DNA of 64,000 nucleotides from Chrysomallon squamiferum (lineage: Eukaryota; Animalia; Mollusca), in contig CM022668.1 of NCBI GenBank assembly GCA_012295275.1, positions 10,850,001 through 10,914,000 of the forward strand, written 5' to 3'. Numbering within the stretch: the first letter of the stretch is position 1; every line of letters starts with the position of its first letter. Under the pieces are notes generated by a model. The model was not told where the DNA came from. It was given only the letters and a program-made list of their open reading frames with translations, and did no database searches. Both the position numbers and the translations under genes were made by a program. Below are positions 25,381 through 41,197 of this stretch, in pieces.

Positions 25381-26743
25381 TGTATTATATACTAAAGGAA
25401 AGAAAGAGAAAAGAACGGTTTAATACATTTTAAAATTTCAAGCCATAATCTCTTGAAATTATTGCTCCGTAACACCTTAATCTTGTAACATCTTAAACTT
25501 TAAAAAACTGGGTTTTCCTCTCTGATTGCATTGACAATCATTATTGATATTTTATTGTTGTTGTTGTTCTTGTCGTTTTTCTTCTTCATCTTATTATTAT
25601 TATTGTCTTTATTATTTATTTATTTTATTTTATTTTATTTTTCTTCTTTCAAATAGTAAATATAGTGTGAAAAGGAAGTAAAACGTGAATGATTTGTTGT
25701 AATCTAAATATTACATAATTTAACATTTTCTATCATGTTATGATGCTTGTGTTTGCATGTGTTTTTCGTTGAACTTTTATATTATTTATCTATTATTATT
25801 ATTATATACTAAAAGAAAGAAACAGAAAAGAACGGTTTAATACATTTTAAAATTTGAAGCCATAATCTCTTGAAATTATTGCTCCCTAACACATTAATCG
25901 TGTCGACATAATGAAGGCAGCATAAGCGTTTGCGGTGATAGTGGCGGTAGTAGTAATTGTAGTCAAGAGTCAAAAGACACACACAATTTAAAACCTGATA
26001 ATCTAAGTGTTAGCACTTGATAAACTGAGCTTCCAAACGTGTCTGTGTGTAGATGATAAACGTCAAAAAACCCTTAAAGCTGGTAAAGAAATGTTTCGTG
26101 GTACTCTTCGTCAGTTGACTGCCTTTCTGGCGACGTGGGCGCTTTTTCAATATGTATCCCTTCTTTAGGCTCACAGCTTGACGTTGTTGTTTCCGTATCG
26201 TCGTATCCATCGTTCTCGGCAGATGTAGTAGGCGGAGTGACCTCTGCTGTAGTTAGCTTAGGCTCTGCACGAACCGAACGGACGAAATACTTTCTTTTAC
26301 CAGGACGATAAAGTTTCTTAACTTGACTTTGGACTCGAATATACATATCTTTCATATATCTCGGACGCCATCTGCTAATTCAATACATACAGATAATACA
26401 TAGAGATAATACATACAGATAATACATACAGATAATACATAGAGATAATACATAGAGATAATACATACAGAAATAGGATGATAGTCGAAGACAGAGAGGG
26501 ATCTACACACTATAACTTAATATTCAAATACACTAATATACTAAAACATACGTGTTATGTCTAACATAGCATTTAAATATCAGCACTTAATCATAAAAAA
26601 GAAATTACAAATGAAAGTTTTAATCAAATTACCTGTATACACAACAATAAATGGTTGTCCCACAAAGAACAGAAATAATCACAACTCCTATTACCAACGT
26701 CATGAACGAGCCCAAAGTAACCTTTCGTCCTAAGTAATAATAA

Positions 26744-26774
<31 letters not shown>

Positions 26775-26945
26775 AATAATAATTATAATAATAATAATAA
26801 TAATAATAATAATCGATGATGATGGTTATGATGACCATAACGATGATAATAATAAAGTAACCATTGAAAAGTGATTATTTTTTTATCAACTGTATGTGTA
26901 CGTGTATGTGTATATCTGTGTCTGCGTGTGTGTGTGTGAGTGTGT

Positions 26946-26988
<43 letters not shown>

Positions 26989-28107
26989 ATGTGGTAAAAA
27001 GGAGACATTTTCTTCATTTGGAATACTTGGACAGATTTTTAGAGAGAAGCATTCTTCTGACAAAGCTGCTGAACTGTTTCCAGGACAGAATTCGCCTTCG
27101 AAACGAGGAGCAGGTTTGTTACAAAATCGTTCATAGTAGCGGAAACGATGTCCAATACCAGCACAGATCACACTGCAGGGTCCACTGACGTTCAGTGACC
27201 ATGATCCCCACTGACCGTTCACTGAAATAAATAAACAAATAAATAAATAAATAAATACATAAATCAATAAATAAATAACTTTAAAATAATAATAATATAA
27301 ACATTTATTTATTTAAAATACTATTACTGCCAACACCACTACAAGAACAATTTCAGAACGACCACTACTTCTACTATTTTCTCACTACAGCAACTGCCTC
27401 TGTTACTACTACTAGTGCTACAACTATTAATACCATTACCACCAGTTGTACTACCGCTACTGTTTCCACTGCTAGCGCTAATCTATTATTGCTGCTACTA
27501 CTACGACTAGTATTACTGCAATTTCCAAAACTATTGCAACTGTTCCTTATCTCTTTATACAAGATTTTGTGTAAATACATTACTACATTTATTATTATTT
27601 TTATTATTATTATTATTATTATTTTTTTTTTTTTTTTGTTGTTGTTGTTGTAGTTGTTGGTGATGCTGCTGCTGTTGTTATTATTGTTATTTTGTTGTTA
27701 TTGTACTAAACTTAACACATATTTTATATCAGATTGTAAGAGCCACCAAAATTGTTGAATGAATAAAGTGTTCTTAAGTGATTGGTATCGGATTGATTCT
27801 ACCTGTACACTGCATTTTGTGATATATTTTTATTTTCATGTGTTTTTATTTTTGATTTTTAATCTTTTCAGTTTAAATTTTTATTATTACTATATATTAT
27901 TATTATTATTATTTATTTCTTTACTTATTTATTTGTTTCTTTATCTGTCTATCTATTTAGATGTATTTATTTCCCATGCATACTATCAATCTTTCTAATG
28001 TTTTCGAGACGTAGAGGCTAAAACAGACACCATTACGTATTTTTTAAGTTGTTTCAACACACGTCACTTTTGTTTAGGGATTGAAGAAATAAATATATAG
28101 AGTAGAG

Positions 28108-29425
28108 CTGGGGTTACTAAGTATTTTGAACCTGAGAGCTACTTCATAGGTACTGATTCATTCGAAGGGCTATCAGTTTATTACGCTCTTCTGAAATAAC
28201 AAATGTGTTCAGTTTATCTTTAGTTATAAATTGTTATTAATGATACCCATCTATGTGAAGACACTGATGACGTTAATGATTTCTCAAAATAATTATCACC
28301 AATGACTTGAATACAGCTAAAATCAATATTCAACCTTTAATTATATTGATATCAGTAATTGTTTAAATTTCAGATGATCAGTTGTACAACATTTAATAAG
28401 AAAAATGTCGCATTTTCGCTAACCCCTGACAATCCCTATTAAGAAATCATGAACTTAGTTGCACCATCTTTGAAAACATTATTAATTGTGTAAAAACAAA
28501 TCATTTTTCTTATTTTTAAATAAATCTTACCACATTTTATACCTTTGACCAAATCTGTAGCATTTTTAACCAAATTATATCTGTTTATATTTCATAAACA
28601 CGCTTTGGAATTAAACACAATTTTTTTTAAATTATTTAATACAACTTTGTCATGGCACTGCCATATTGCCACTGACAACATCTGGTGTTTGTTTCTTTGT
28701 TAGTGGGAAGATTGGCAATGCATGCTGTTCACCAGTGTATTGTAATCTGGTATGTAACTTCACAATGCAATTCTGAGTGAGTCTTGCAGATATACATCGA
28801 TAAGGCGTGTTCTGTTTGTTTTTGATGAAGTTCGTGTCAGAAAACGCTGAGTCACAGAGATAGGTTGAACCAAAATGGCAACATTCATTGTTACTGATTT
28901 CACCCAAAAGTGACAAAAAACGAAACAGAAGTCGTCCGTCCTCTGCTGAACCATCTGATTTCTGTGTGTAGCAGCAGGTCATCGTATTCAGCAGACATCT
29001 CATCCAAAAGCACCTTGAATATCCTATGTTATTTCGCTTTCGAGCGGATGCTATTTATAATTTTCACAACGGGAGACATCACCTGCCCAAAGTCGATCAC
29101 TTTCGCACATATCGCCTGCTGTTGAATGATGCAGTGGTAATGCCAAAGATTTGCGAAGTATGGGTCACCTTTACAGTAAGCGATGTCGGCCGATCATAGC
29201 AGGTGCCTCGTCTATTCTCACCACTAGTATTTTTTCGAAAGGTACCTTTTTCTGCACGAAAAACTCCTTCACTGCGTTATAAATATCAACTCCACTCGTA
29301 GTTGCCTGTAGTGGCAGCTGTGTCAGGAGTATTTCTTTTATTAAAACACCATCCTGATAAATACCAACAGCTGCGCTGTACTGCTCCTGTCAACGGACTC
29401 ATCACACTGGATGCTACTCGCGTTG
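28108..29425 (-). mobile_element. hAT transposase remnant (B2 copy)
   Basis: Paralogous to 16013-17335; same motifs, including FGSTYLCDSAFS. Confidence 0.85.
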
Positions 29426-29558
29426 CTTCTATAGCTCGACCTCCTCCTCGTCCTCGTCCTAATACCACGACCATTACTACTATTTCCACTGCTACAGCCA
29501 CTACCACTACTACCAATACTACCACCACCACTACTATTATTCAACACACTGCAATATA

Positions 29559-29599
<41 letters not shown>

Positions 29600-29682
29600 C
29601 ACTGCTACTACTACTAATTCCACCACTACCACTACAACAACTAATAATAATAATAATAATAACCATAATAATAACAATAACA

Positions 29683-29758
<76 letters not shown>

Positions 29759-29997
29759 CAACAACAGTAATAATAACAATAATAATACCTGGACATTCGC
29801 TACGGTCTTTACATATTGCTGATAATGTTCTGGAGACGTCACCCACGCACTGTTTTCCCCAAACTTTGGTTTTGGGTTGTCGCATTGACGTGAGAAAAAC
29901 ATCGTCAGTCTGCCAGTACCACACTTTGTATCACACTGTCCTTTCTCAGTGAACACCCAGACATTCCACCCACCAGCAACTGCAAAACTCAAACCAT

Positions 29998-30036
<39 letters not shown>

Positions 30037-30053
30037 TTTTTGTTTGTTTGTTT

Positions 30054-30093
<40 letters not shown>

Positions 30094-30266
30094 TTTTTTT
30101 ATTTATTTTATTTATTTATATTTATTTTTATTTTTGTTTATTTATTTATGCTTTATTAATATTTTTGAATTTATTTTATCTATTTTTAATCTGTTTATTT
30201 AATTATGGTTTAATTAATTGAATTTCTAATACTTTGTTCTACCAGTTTTGTTTTAATTAATTTTTT

Positions 30267-30297
<31 letters not shown>

Positions 30298-30901
30298 CTT
30301 TGGATTTAAAAAGAGAATGCTGATCAAGTTTTCTTGTTGAATGATTCCGAAATAAAGAAATAGCATACAAAGAAAAACAAAAAACTAAAAAACAAAAGTA
30401 AGTAAAAGAAATCAAACAATAACATTAAGAATGACCGCACCTGGACATTCACTGCGGTCTACACACTTTCTACTCATTGTTGTGGAGTCACTGCCGACAC
30501 ACGGTTTCCCTCCATTCTGCGGCTCCGGGTTGTCACACTTACGACTATAAAATAACTCCCGTGTCCCAACACCACACTTTGTACTGCAGTATCCCGTTCT
30601 AACGTAGCTCCAAGAACCCCACATTCCATTTACTTGAAAATTAGCCAGACAAGAGATTTCAGATAAATAAGTAACTAAATAAATCAACAAACAAACACAA
30701 ATCAATAATAATAATAATATAAAATAAAAATAAATAAAAAATAAAAAATAAAATAAAATAAATGAATAAATAAATGAATAAATAAATAAATAAATAAATA
30801 AGTAAATACAGATATACCGTTAATTTTAGAATAAACTGAACAATAGAAATCTAATTTTGGAAATTATATACCAAGCTCTCAAAACAGTAATAATGATGAT
30901 G

Positions 30902-30963
<62 letters not shown>

Positions 30964-31464
30964 AAGAAGAAGAAGAAGAAGAAAGAAGAGTAACAATACC
31001 AGGACAAGTCTTCGCTTTTTCACATCTTTCTCTTCCAGTTTTCTTGTTAATTCCCTGACAGTTTTCACCTTTTGGTTTTGGTTTTGGATTGTCGCACTTT
31101 CTGCTGTAGCGAGCAAGCTGCCAGCCAAACCCACATTCCACATTACACTCCCCTTTTTCATCCACCGTCCAAGTACCCCACGCACCGTCAGCTATAAAAA
31201 TAAAACTATACATTAAGAGTTTGTGTGTGTGGGTGTGTGTGTGTGTGTGTGTGGCCATGTATGAAGGCTTGGATGTGTGTGTATTTACTTTATGATTTTT
31301 TATATTTTCTGTCATCTGTATGTTAGGTTAGTCTGCACATTGATAATATTTAAGAAAGCACTGGCATAGTAGTGTCCATGTATGTAATTTATTACTGATT
31401 AAGGTGACCAGCTGTATTAGTAGTAGTAGTAATAATAGTAATACAAATAATGATGATGATGATG

Positions 31465-31525
<61 letters not shown>

Positions 31526-32276
31526 AAAACGATAATAAAATATTGATTGTCTTCTAGATTTGAGTCTAGATTTGAACACATCCTTGATCTCGCTCCTTGA
31601 TGGAGGATTACTTAAAATTCTGATCGTATACGCTGTCAATACTTACGTGTGTCGTATCCTTGTACAATAACTTCACAGAGTGTTAGTACATCCCGAGAGT
31701 TCACTACACCTGTCTTCCTGATGTAAACCTGTATTCCAGTCTGTTCCTGCTGACATTTCATTACTAATAACTCTCCTGCCGGGATAGGATCTTCACGATG
31801 AATACACAGACCTAAACTGTTGTTCTGCCTCTTAACCTGAATGTAAATATCACGAAGTTCTTCACCTGAAGTTTTAAAATAAATCAAACGAATCAATCAA
31901 TCAATCAAAAAATCAAAAAATAAAATGGTTAACAAAGTCCCTTTCCTATATATATATACCCGATTCCATCTCTGAATATCGTACCAATCGTGTCCATGGT
32001 GTATCAATATTTTGAAACCTACTTGATTATTTTACACAAAACGAAAAATCACCGTGATGCAAAATTCCCACTGCTGTCACAGTCACTTCGTTTTCTAAGT
32101 TGACATTCCATTGCGGACTACTGTCGTTCACTAGTGTTCTGGTACAGGATTCGTCCGTAATTCCGTCCACTGTTACTGATGCTGGTTTGCCATCTGTGCT
32201 AGACTGTTTCACAGGCTTTTTCAGTGCCCAGTTGTCAATGGCTAACATAACAGAAATAAATGAGTTACCTTTACAG

Positions 32277-32645
32277 AGAGTAGTTTCACTTTCACATAAA
32301 TAATGTAACACATAGTAGTTTTGCTTTAATATAAGTAAGATAGCAGGAATTACATTTACCATAATCAGTACTTCAGACGAGTTATTTATTTATTTATTAT
32401 TTAATTAATTAATTCATTCATTTATTAATTTCTTTACATATAATTATTACTACTACCTACTAGAGTAGTTTCACTTTCACATAAATAATGTAACACATAG
32501 TAGTTTTGCTTTAATATAAGTAAGATAGCAGGAATTACATTTACCATAATCAGTACTTCAGACGAGTTATTTATTTATTTATTATTTAATTAATTAATTC
32601 ATTCATTTATTAATTTCTTTACATATAATTATTACTACTACCTAC
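32277..32645. repeat. B2-specific 185-bp perfect tandem duplication in the FTLD1-FTLD2 intron
   Basis: agagtagtttcactttcacataaataatg... begins at ~32277 and again at ~32462; single copy in B1 and B3. Confidence 0.85.
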
Positions 32646-33091
32646 TACTACTAGTATTATTATTATTATTACTAATACTAATACTACAACAATGCAAAAC
32701 TAATAACGACTATCAACGAAATAATAATAATAGTAATAATAATAATAATAATTTTCATAGTACTAGTAATAGTAATAATAAATAAACAATAATAACAAAA
32801 ACAGACAAATAATAGAAGAAGAACAACAACAACAATAACAACAACATAAACTACATAGTTATATAATTAAACGTACGCTTGTCGTTTCCCTCTACAAACA
32901 CTTCACATAAAGTGAGAACACGTCGATACTTGGTGATCACCACGAACCTCCCTCTGACAGGCTTTTTGCATTTTATGAATGTCAGCTCTCCTGGAGAGAA
33001 ATTTATTTGGGAACCGCAAGGTGGACCAAACCCATAATTACGGATTTTGTGGGTAGATATCATAACATTATAAAGTCTCTCCTTTTTGAAA

Positions 33092-33126
<35 letters not shown>

Positions 33127-33284
33127 GTAGGAAAGGATGTAAATAAATAAAGATACAAATCTACAGAACAGACTGGACATATTATTCATCATTAAATCGT
33201 TAGTAGCAGAACAATCTACATAATTATCATAATCACCATTACTAGTAGCAGTAATGTCATTATTACTATTATAAAAATTATTAC

Positions 33285-33321
<37 letters not shown>

Positions 33322-34267
33322 GTTTGTGTCCCTACACATCTGGTGTTTATTCTTTCTCAAAGTGTATATCAGTGTCTTTTGACAGTGCATTTCATACCAC
33401 AGCAATCACCACGATTAATAATTCCCACCGCTGTAACGGTGATGACTTTTCCGATGTCAACTTTCCACCAAGGATACAAGTTCGTCGTCAGAGTGTGAGT
33501 GCACGACAAATCAAAGAAATCAGAAGAGTTGTTACCGTCGACTGCAAGATGAGCCGACGACGTGTTCCACGTCGTTGACTGCTCTGCATGCTTTCCCAGG
33601 GCCCAGTTCACACAAACTGAAACAGACGAACTTTGACGCAATGTTTATCGCAGCCACTGACAACATCGAAGATCGATCAAATTGATGAACAGTTAAAAGC
33701 ATAAACAAAACAGTAAACATATAAATAAACAGAAAGTATGTATAACAACAACAAAAACCACACAAAAAAGCCAGTAAATATAAAGAAATAATAAGAATAT
33801 AAATAAATAGTTAACGAATATACAAGCAGTAAATATGTAAGCAAGTATTAGGCAGATTAACAGGAAACAACAAAATGTGATCTGTAACCGATTAACAAAT
33901 AGTGTTATTGAGAACGGAGGTTCAAAGTTTCCATTTGGAGGAAGTTATCTTCAAAATATAATATAATCAGTTAATATCATTATAAGCTAGTGGACTCTAT
34001 ATATAAACATACATACTCTTACACGCACACGCACTCATACAGAGAATTACATTTCTGATCAGTCAGGATAAAATATAAATATACTAATATAAATAAATAT
34101 GTACATTCATACTTACCACAGCGTTTAACCAACTTGTATGTAATTATTAGCAATATTATCATATTCATACTGTACCGATATGATCTACTAACAAAAAAAA
34201 AAGAAAAAGAAAAGAAAAAAGAAAGAAAGGAAGAAAGAAAATAAAGAAAAATGAAATACTATGAAAT

Positions 34268-34312
<45 letters not shown>

Positions 34313-36282
34313 TAATAATAATAATAATAATTCGAAATGGATAATTTAATAATCTAATATTAATGGTTCGAAATGGATACGTTCCATCTGCTAAGTTTTA
34401 TGTTTCGATCCGTTTTCGTAAATGAACGAACCAGATCAGTTTATGTTTTTGACATGACGTCACACGCCAACGGCCCACCCTTGGCAAGTCATGGGTGTTG
34501 CCCTATTTTTGATAATGTCTATATAAAGAATTAATTATGTTTCGTGTTCACCAAAATGACTGACAACTACGTTATCACTGCTCGCAACATAGCAACCGTC
34601 CCATGATGTTAAAAGACGTGGCATGAAGTAAGTTTTGTATTCTGTTAAACAGACGTGTTTTTCAAAGTTGCATTACTGTTATTTATTTTTAAAGCCAACG
34701 TGTGTGAATAACAAGAAGCCCCCAAACAGGTAAAACACAAAACTGTGAACCATGACCACAGTTATTATATATATATATATATGTTTCTGATATGAGAAAT
34801 AAAACTGTTAATTAAATTATTTGTTGTATTCTGTAGGTGATATATACTTGCCGGGTATGTGTTTCTGCAAATGGACCGCAACATGTGAACATGATGTAAA
34901 TTAAGAGCTAAAAATATAAATAGTTTTCCGTATTTTGGTTTTCAGTTTCATTATAAGTTAAATTTGTTTGATGAGCGCTCAGGGTGTTTACACACAAATT
35001 TTTATAGAAGTTAAAATAAATAAGTGCATGGAGATACAATTTTTAAAATTACATCCGAGCTTTCCTGACTCTCTATTGTTCAAAATGAAGTTATTAATTC
35101 TTTATTTACTTATTTGTTTTTTGTGTTTTGTTGATTTATATATTTTAATTTTCCAGATTTAAATAAATAAATAATTCAATAAATAAATAAATAATAAAAT
35201 AATGAAACACTAACCAGTTCAAAAGACTTTTGAAGGCTACTTTGAAAAGTATCGGAGTGACGTCAAGAGAAAATGATTACGTCATAAATAATTACATCCG
35301 GTGTGAATTATCCAGGTTACAGGGGAAAAAAATACAGAATGACAATGTTTCTCTCTTTGAGTATTTACTGGTGTTATGCAAGACTCTTCAGATAACATCT
35401 TCTGTATAATTTGAAGAAAATAGTGAAATAAAATTCAGAGGTGAATGAATTTCTGTGTGTGTGAAAGAGAGAGAAAGAGAGGTGGAAAATAATAAATAAT
35501 AATAATAATAATAATAATAATAGCAACAGTTATTATAATTATTATTATAATTATTAAAATTATTATTATTATTATTATTATTATTTGTATTATATACTAA
35601 AGGAAAGAAAGAGAAAAGAACGGTTTAATACATTTTAAAATTTCAAGCCATAATCTCTTGAAATTATTGCTACGTAACACCTTAATCTTGTAACATCTTA
35701 AACTTTAAAAAACTGGGTTTTCCTCTCTGATTGCATTCATAATCATTATTGATATTTTATTGTTATTGTTGTTCTTGTCGTTTTTCTTGTTCATCTTATT
35801 ATTATTATTGTCTTTATTATTTATTTTATTTTATTTTATTTTTCTTCTTTCAAATAGTAAATATAGTGTTAAAAGGAAGTAAAACGTGAATGATTTGTTG
35901 TAATCTAAATATGACATAATTTAACATTTTCTATCATGTTATGATGCTTGTGTTTCCATGTGTTTTTCGTTGAACTTTTATATTATTTATCTATTATTAT
36001 TATTATATACTAAACGAAAGAAAGAGAAAAGAACGGTTTAATACATTTTAAAATTTGAAGCCATAATCTCTTGAAATTATTGCTCCCTAACACATTAATC
36101 GTGTCGACATAATGAAGGCAGCATAGGCTTTTGTGGTGATAGTGGCGGTAGTAGTAATTGTATAATTGTAGTGAAGAGTCAAAAGACACACACAATTTAA
36201 AACCTGATAATCTAAGTGTTAGCACTTAATAAACTGAGCTTCCAAACGTGTCTGTGTGTAGATGATAAACGTCAAAAAACCC

Positions 36283-36978
36283 TTAAAGCTGGTAAAGAAA
36301 TGTTTCGTGGTACTCTTCGTCAGTTGACTGCCTTTCTGGCGACGTGGGCGCTTTTTCAATATGTATCCCTTCTTTAGGCTCACAGCTTGACGTTGTTGTT
36401 TCCGTATCGTCGTATCCATCGTTCTCGGCAGATGTAGTAGGTGAAGTGACCTCTGCTGTAGTTAGCTTAGGCTCTGCACGAACCGAACGGACGAAATACT
36501 TTCTTTTACCAGGACGATAAAGTTTCTTAACTTGACTTTGGACTCCAATATACATATTTTTCATATATCTCGGACGCCATCTGCTAATTCAATGCATACA
36601 GATAATACATAGAGATAATACATACAGATAATACATACAGATAATACATACAGATAATAGATAGAGATAATACATAGAGATAATACATACAGAAATAGGA
36701 TGATAGTCGAAGACAGAAAGGGATCTACACACTATAACTTAATATTCAAATACACTAATATACTAAAACATACGTGTTATGTTTAACATAGCATTTAAAT
36801 ATCAGCACTTAATTATAAAAAAGAAATTACAAATGAAAGTTTTAATCAAATTACCTGTATACACAACAATAAATGGTTGTCCCACAAAGAACAGAAATAA
36901 TCACAACTCCTATTACCAACCTCATGAACGAGCCCAAAGTAACCTTTCGTCCTAAGTAATAATAATAATAATAAAAAT

Positions 36979-37047
<69 letters not shown>

Positions 37048-37165
37048 CGATGATGATAGTTATGATGACCATAACGATGATAATAATAAAGTAACCATTG
37101 AAAAGTGATTATTTGTTTATCAACTGTATGTGTACGTATATGTGTATATCTGTGTCTGTGTGTGT

Positions 37166-37216
<51 letters not shown>

Positions 37217-38107
37217 TGTGTCTTATATGTGGTAAAAAGGAGACATTTTCTTCATTTGGAATACTTGGACAGATTTTCAGAGAGAAGCATTCTTCTGACA
37301 AAGCTGCTGAACTGTTTCCAGGACAGAATTCGCCTTCGAAACGAAGAGCAGGTTTGTTACAAAATCGTTCATAGTAGCGGAAACGATGTCCAATACCAGC
37401 ACAGATCACACTGCAGGGTCCACTGACGTTCAGTGACCATGAACCCCACTGACCGTCCACTGAAATAAATAAACAAATACATAAATAAATAAATACATAA
37501 ATCAATAAATAAATAACTTTAAAATAATAATAATATAAACATTTATTTATTTAAAATACTATTACTGCCAACACCACTACAAGAACAATTTCAGAACGAC
37601 CACTACTTCTACTATTTTCTCACTACAGCAACTGCCTCTGTTACTACTACTAGTGCTACAACTATTAATACCATTACCACCAGTAGTACTACCGCTACTG
37701 TTTCCACTGCTAGCGCTAATCTATTATTGCTGCTACTACTACGACTAGTATTACTGCAATTTCCAACACTACTGCAACTGTTTCTTATCTCTTTATATAA
37801 GATTTGGTGTAAATACATCATCATTATTATTATTATTTTTGTTATTGATCCTGTTGTTCTTGTTGTTGTTGATGCTGCTGCTGCTGTTGTTACTATTGTT
37901 ATTTTATTGTTATTGTACTACACTTACCACATATTTTATATCATATTGTAAGAGCCACAACAATTGTTCAATAAATAAAGTGTTCTTTAGTTATTGGTAT
38001 CGCATTGATTCTACCTGTAAATTGCATTTTGCAAAATATGTTTATTTTCATTGTATTTTGATTTTTGATTTTTAGTCTTTTCAGTTTAAACTTTTGTTAT
38101 TACTTGA

Positions 38108-38174
<67 letters not shown>

Positions 38175-40282
38175 TATGTATTTATTTATTTATTTATTTA
38201 CTCATTGATTTATTTTACATGCATACTATCAATCTTTCTAATGTTTTCGAGACGTCGCGGCTAAAAGCAGGTGACATTACTTATTTTTTAAGTTGTGTCA
38301 ACACACGTCACTTTTGTTTAGGGATTGAAGAAATAAATATATAGAGTAGAGCTGGGGTTACTAACTATTTTGAACCTGAGAGCTACTTCATAGGTACTGA
38401 TTCATACGAATCGCTATCAGTTTCTTACGCTCTTCTGAAATAACAAATGTGTTCAGTTTATGTTTAGTTATATATTATTAATGATACCCATCTATGTGAA
38501 GACACTGATCACGTTAATGATTTCTCACAATATTTATCACCAAAGACTTAACAAGGTTGGATACAGTTAATATCAATATTCAACCTTTAATTCTATTGAT
38601 CTCAGTAATTGTTTAAATTTCTGATGATCAGTTCTACAACATTTAATAAGAAAAATTTTGCATTTTAGCTAACCACTGACAATCCCTATTAATAAATCAT
38701 GAACTTTGTTGCACGATCTTTGAAAATAAATTCTACTTGTGTAATGTTGAAACAAATCATCTTTCTTATCTTTAAATAAATCTTACCACATTTTATACCT
38801 ATGAGAAAATCTGTAGCATTTTAACAAAATTACGTCTGTTTACATTTCATAAACACACTTTTGAATTAAACACAATTTTTTTATTTTTTAATACAACTTC
38901 TTCATGGCACTGCCATATTGACACTGACAACATCTGGTGTTTGTTTCTTTGTTAGTGGGAAGATTGGCATTGCAGGCTGTTCACCAGTGTATTGTAATCT
39001 GGTGTGTAACTTGACAATGCAGTTCTGAGTGACGTGCAGATATACATCGATAAGGAGTGCTCTATTTGTTTTTGATGAAGTTCGTGTCAGAAAACGCTGA
39101 GTAACAGAGATAGGTTGAACTAAAATGGCAGCTGTCATTGCTACTGATTTCACCCAAAAGTGACAAAAAACGAAACAGAAGTCTTACGTCCTCTGTTGAA
39201 CCATCTGATTTTTGTGTGTAGCAGCAGGTCATCGTATTCAGCAGACATCTCATTCAAAAGCATCTTGAATATGCTATGTAATTTCGCATTCTAGCGGATG
39301 CTATTTATAATTTTCACAACGGGAGTCGTCAAATGCCCAAAGACGATCACTTTCGCACATATCGCCTACGGGTGAATGATGCACTAGTAATGCAAACGTT
39401 TGTGAAGTCTGGGTCACCTTAACATTAAGCGATGAACCGTGTATGTCGGCCGATCATAGCAGGTGCCCCGTCTGTTGCCACCACTAGTAGTTTTTCCAAA
39501 GATACCTTTTTCTGCACGAAAACTCCGTTACTGCGTTATAAATGTCAACTCCACTCGTAGTTGCCTGTAAGGGCAGCTGTGTCAGGAGTTCTTCTTTTGT
39601 GAAAAAATCTTCAAACACCAAACACCATCCTGATAAATACCAACAGCTGCGCTGTACTGCTGCTGTCAACGGACTCATCACACTGGATGCTACTCGGTTG
39701 CTTCTATAGCTCGACCTCCTCCTCGTCCTCGTCCTAATACCAGCACCACTACTACTATTTCCACTGCTACAGCCACTACAACTACTACCAATACTACTAC
39801 CACCACCACTGCTAGTACTATTACCAACACGCTATTATATAACTACCATTACCACTACTGCTACTACCACAACCACCACCACCTCTACTACTACTACTAA
39901 TTGCACCACTAGCACTACAACAACTAATAATAATAATAATAATCATAATAATAACAAGAACAGTAATAATAGCAATAATAATAATAATGATAATAACAAT
40001 AATAATAATAATAATAACAATAATAATACCTGGACATTCGCTACGGTCTTTACATATTGCTGATGATATTCTGGAGACGTCACCCACGCACTGTTTTCCC
40101 CCAAACTTTGGTTTTGGTTTGTCGCATTGACGTGAGAAAAACATCGTCAGTCTGCCAGTACCACACTTTGTATCACACTGTCCTTTCTCAGTGAACACCC
40201 AGACATTCCACCCACCAGCAACTGCAAAACTCAAACTGTTTATTTATTTAGTCATTTATTTAGTTATTTATTATTTGTTTGT

Positions 40283-40313
<31 letters not shown>

Positions 40314-41125
40314 TTATTTGTTAGTTTATTTATTTATGCTATTAATATTTTTGAATTTATTTTATCTATTTTTAATCTGTTTATTTATGTTATGGTTTAT
40401 TACAATTACTACTACCACAATTACAATTAGTCTAATACTGCTACTAGTTCTACCAGGATTAATGTTATTAATTAATTAATTTCTATTTTTTTTTTTTTCT
40501 TTTTTCTTAGGATTTAAAAAGAGAATGCTGATCTTGTTTTCTTGTTGAATGATTCCGAAATAAAGAAATAGCATACAAAGAAAAAGAAAAACGGAAAAAC
40601 AAAAGTAAGTAAAAGAAATCAAACAGTAACATTAAGAATGACCGCACCTGGACATTCACTGCGGTCTACACACTTTCTACTCATTGTTGTGGAGTCACTG
40701 CCGACACACGGTTTACCTCCATTCTGCGGCTCCGGGTTGTCACACTTACGACTATAAAATAACTCCCGTGTCCCAACACCACACTTTGTACTGCAGTATC
40801 CCGTTCTAACGTAGCTCCAAGAACCCCACATTCCATTTACTTGAAAATTAGGGAGACAAGATATTTCAGATAAATAAGTAACTAAATAAATCAACAAACA
40901 AATACAAATCAATAATAATAATAATATAAAATAAATATAAATAAAACAAAAAAAATTAAAATAAATGAATAAATAAATGAATAAATAAATAAATAAATAA
41001 ATAAATAAGTAAATACAGATATACCGTTAATTTTAGAATAAACTGAACAATAGAAATCTAATTTTGGAAATTATATACCAAGCTCTCAAAACAGTAATAA
41101 TGATGATGATAATAATAATAATAAC

Positions 41126-41197
<72 letters not shown>

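Larger units (their letters stand above)
26074..34168 (-). pseudogene. Gene B2: FTLD-TSR membrane protein copy (SP-2xFTLD-4xTSR-TM-tail) with two small frameshifts (real or assembly errors)
   Basis: Exons: 34168-34117; 33616-33398; 33081-32877 (205 nt vs 207, one GA unit lost); 32241-32053; 31865-31647; 31191-31000; 30632-30441; 29979-29789 (191 nt vs 192, C4 vs C5); 27221-27027; TM 26729-26633; tail 26371-26074. Both indels lie in simple repeats. Confidence 0.7.
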
